Part shown: positions 4,818-5,645 of the stretch, piece by piece | Position numbering within the stretch: position 1 is the first letter of the stretch | Layout: every line of letters starts with the position of its first letter | Source of the DNA: Clostridia bacterium | GTDB lineage: Bacteria > Bacillota > Clostridia > Christensenellales > Aristaeellaceae | Assembly (NCBI GenBank): GCA_030526225.1 | Contig: JAUNDF010000030.1 | Location: 19,795-25,439 of the forward strand | DNA length: 5,645 nt | Direction: 5' to 3' | Program-made: the position numbers and the translations under genes | The notes under the pieces: model-generated | The model's input: the letters and a program-made list of their open reading frames with translations, nothing else | Database searches by the model: none | What the model was told of the DNA's origin: nothing

Positions 4818-4877
4818 GCGGATGGCAGACATGAAAAAAAGTACGCACTTTTTTGTAACCACCCCCTCATTCAGGAC

Positions 4878-4916
4878 AAAAAAGGGCAGGAAGACGGACG
4901 CTGCCATCTTCCTGCC
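4878..4916 (-). terminator. Rho-independent terminator of the upstream hypothetical gene.
   Basis: A perfect 10-bp stem, GGCAGGAAGA (4885..4894) with TCTTCCTGCC (4907..4916), encloses a 12-nt loop. On the minus strand it is followed by C then TTTTTT (4878..4883). It starts 15 nt after the TAA stop at 4932..4934. Confidence 0.85.
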
Positions 4917-4931
4917 AAAGGGGGTTACCGA

Positions 4932-5645
4932 TTACTGATACAGCATGCCGGCAGACATTTCCAGATAGTTCTCGCCAACATACTCGGGGAAGGCTTCCTT
5001 CATGGCAGCCACGAAGCCCTCGGCAGTGTCGTTGGCCTCAGCCAGCTCCTTGGCGGTGGCCACATAAGCCAGCTTCTCGGTCACGGCATCCTGACCTTCC
5101 ACACCGCTGTGGGAGGAGAGAATCATGTCATAACCGGCAGCCTGATACTCCTTCAGGATTTCGGTCATCACATCCATGTGAGCGGCACCGGCCATGATGG
5201 AGTGGCAAGTCTTGCCCAGCATGTGGGTGTAGATGGCGTTCATGGAGGGGATTTCCAGATCGTAGGTGTCGCCGCGGTCAATCAGGTTGAAGTCGATACC
5301 GGCCACATTCACGGTGCCGGACACCACATTGTTGATGTTGGCCATGTCGGGGCCGCCGTGGAACACATCGCCGAAGGTCTCGTACAGGCCCTGGGTGGTG
5401 GCAAAGGTGGAGCCGGAAGCGATGGCATCCTGAGCACCCTGAGTGCCGTAGATGGTCATGCCCTCCACATAGCTGGCACCGGTGGCATGGTCGCACAGGA
5501 ACAGGTCGTTCATGGGCTTGTTCAGGGAAGCAATATAGCCCTTCCAGGCATCCAGGCTGTCGGTGAAGCTGGGCAGCTCGATGCCCACCAGTGCATCAGC
5601 GCCTTCCACGATGAAGGCCACATCGCCCAGAGCATCGCCGGTGGC
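4932..5645 (-). CDS. Hypothetical protein, C-terminal 237 codons; the 5' end runs off the window. It may be a degenerate metallo-beta-lactamase-like fold.
   Basis: The ORF-track entry 4932..5621 starts at an internal GTG. The frame stays open to the window edge (..ATGDALGDVAFIVEG..). Amino-acid composition looks like real coding sequence. The only fold hints are weak ones (VAFIVEG..ALVGIE, LFLCDHATG, MILSSHSG) vaguely reminiscent of MBL-fold strands and motifs. The terminator downstream makes it a separate transcription unit. Confidence 0.6.
   Translation of the reverse strand, partial: ATGDALGDVAFIVEGADALVGIELPSFTDSLDAWKGYIASLNKPMNDLFLCDHATGASYVEGMTIYGTQGAQDAIASGSTFATTQGLYETFGDVFHGGPDMANINNVVSGTVNVAGIDFNLIDRGDTYDLEIPSMNAIYTHMLGKTCHSIMAGAAHMDVMTEILKEYQAAGYDMILSSHSGVEGQDAVTEKLAYVATAKELAEANDTAEGFVAAMKEAFPEYVGENYLEMSAGMLYQ

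Noticed and set aside
4304-4818. ORFs 4304..4693 (-) (Pro/Leu-rich) and 4600..4818 (+) (AAPQAA repeats).
   Set aside because: These are alternative-frame and antisense readings of the ACGX repeat DNA. Their repetitiveness is a by-product of the real frame. The first would also overlap the rSAM start region without any RBS.
4835-4854. AT-rich palindrome AAAAAAGT-acgc-ACTTTTTT, considered as a second terminator.
   Set aside because: The stem is almost entirely A:T and would be very weak. It sits where the -35/UP region of the peptide promoter is expected, so it is more likely promoter-associated A/T tracts. It is not strong enough to call as a feature.
4545-4907. The 120-aa version of the peptide ORF (MAASVFLPFFVLNEG...).
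   Set aside because: The N-terminal extension would span the upstream gene's terminator stem-loop and the AT-rich promoter region, and it has no RBS. The internal ATG at 4757 has GGAGGG at ideal spacing and gives a 70-aa peptide, about the ~65-residue average I recall for this peptide family.
4932-5645. Assigning the upstream partial gene to the ACGX/SirTM system or naming it an MBL hydrolase.
   Set aside because: A strong intrinsic terminator separates it from the operon. The MBL resemblance rests on a few degenerate motifs, and the canonical HxHxDH is absent (LCDHATG). I leave it as hypothetical.

Overview
This GC-rich window uses strong GGAGG-type Shine-Dalgarno sites, so I infer a high-GC Firmicutes/Clostridia-like origin. 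All credible genes lie on the minus strand; the long plus-strand ORFs are antisense shadows. Reading 5'->3' on the minus strand: (i) the 3' part of a hypothetical gene (4932..5645), closed by a clean intrinsic terminator (4878..4916). (ii) A tightly packed, apparently single transcription unit of seven genes. These are a 70-aa Cys-rich ACGX-repeat peptide (4545..4757), a radical SAM/SPASM enzyme (3409..4443), a PNPOx-like FMN split-barrel protein with a signal-peptide-like N-terminus (2843..3409), a nitroreductase-family flavoenzyme (1986..2846), a DUF1848 protein with a C-terminal CX3CX2C radical-SAM-like motif (1316..2248), a MacroD-type protein-ADP-ribose hydrolase (513..1307), and the N-terminal part of a class-M sirtuin, SirTM (1..568, running off the window). 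Most junctions overlap (TGATG, ATGA, ATGA, and a 56-nt overlap). The main point of interest is a RiPP-like precursor/radical-SAM maturase pair of unknown chemistry fused in one operon to a SirTM/macrodomain reversible ADP-ribosylation pair. In characterised systems that pair travels with GcvH-L and LplA2, neither of which is visible here. No tRNA, rRNA, CRISPR array or mobile element was seen. All homology calls come from my own motif recognition, not from searches.
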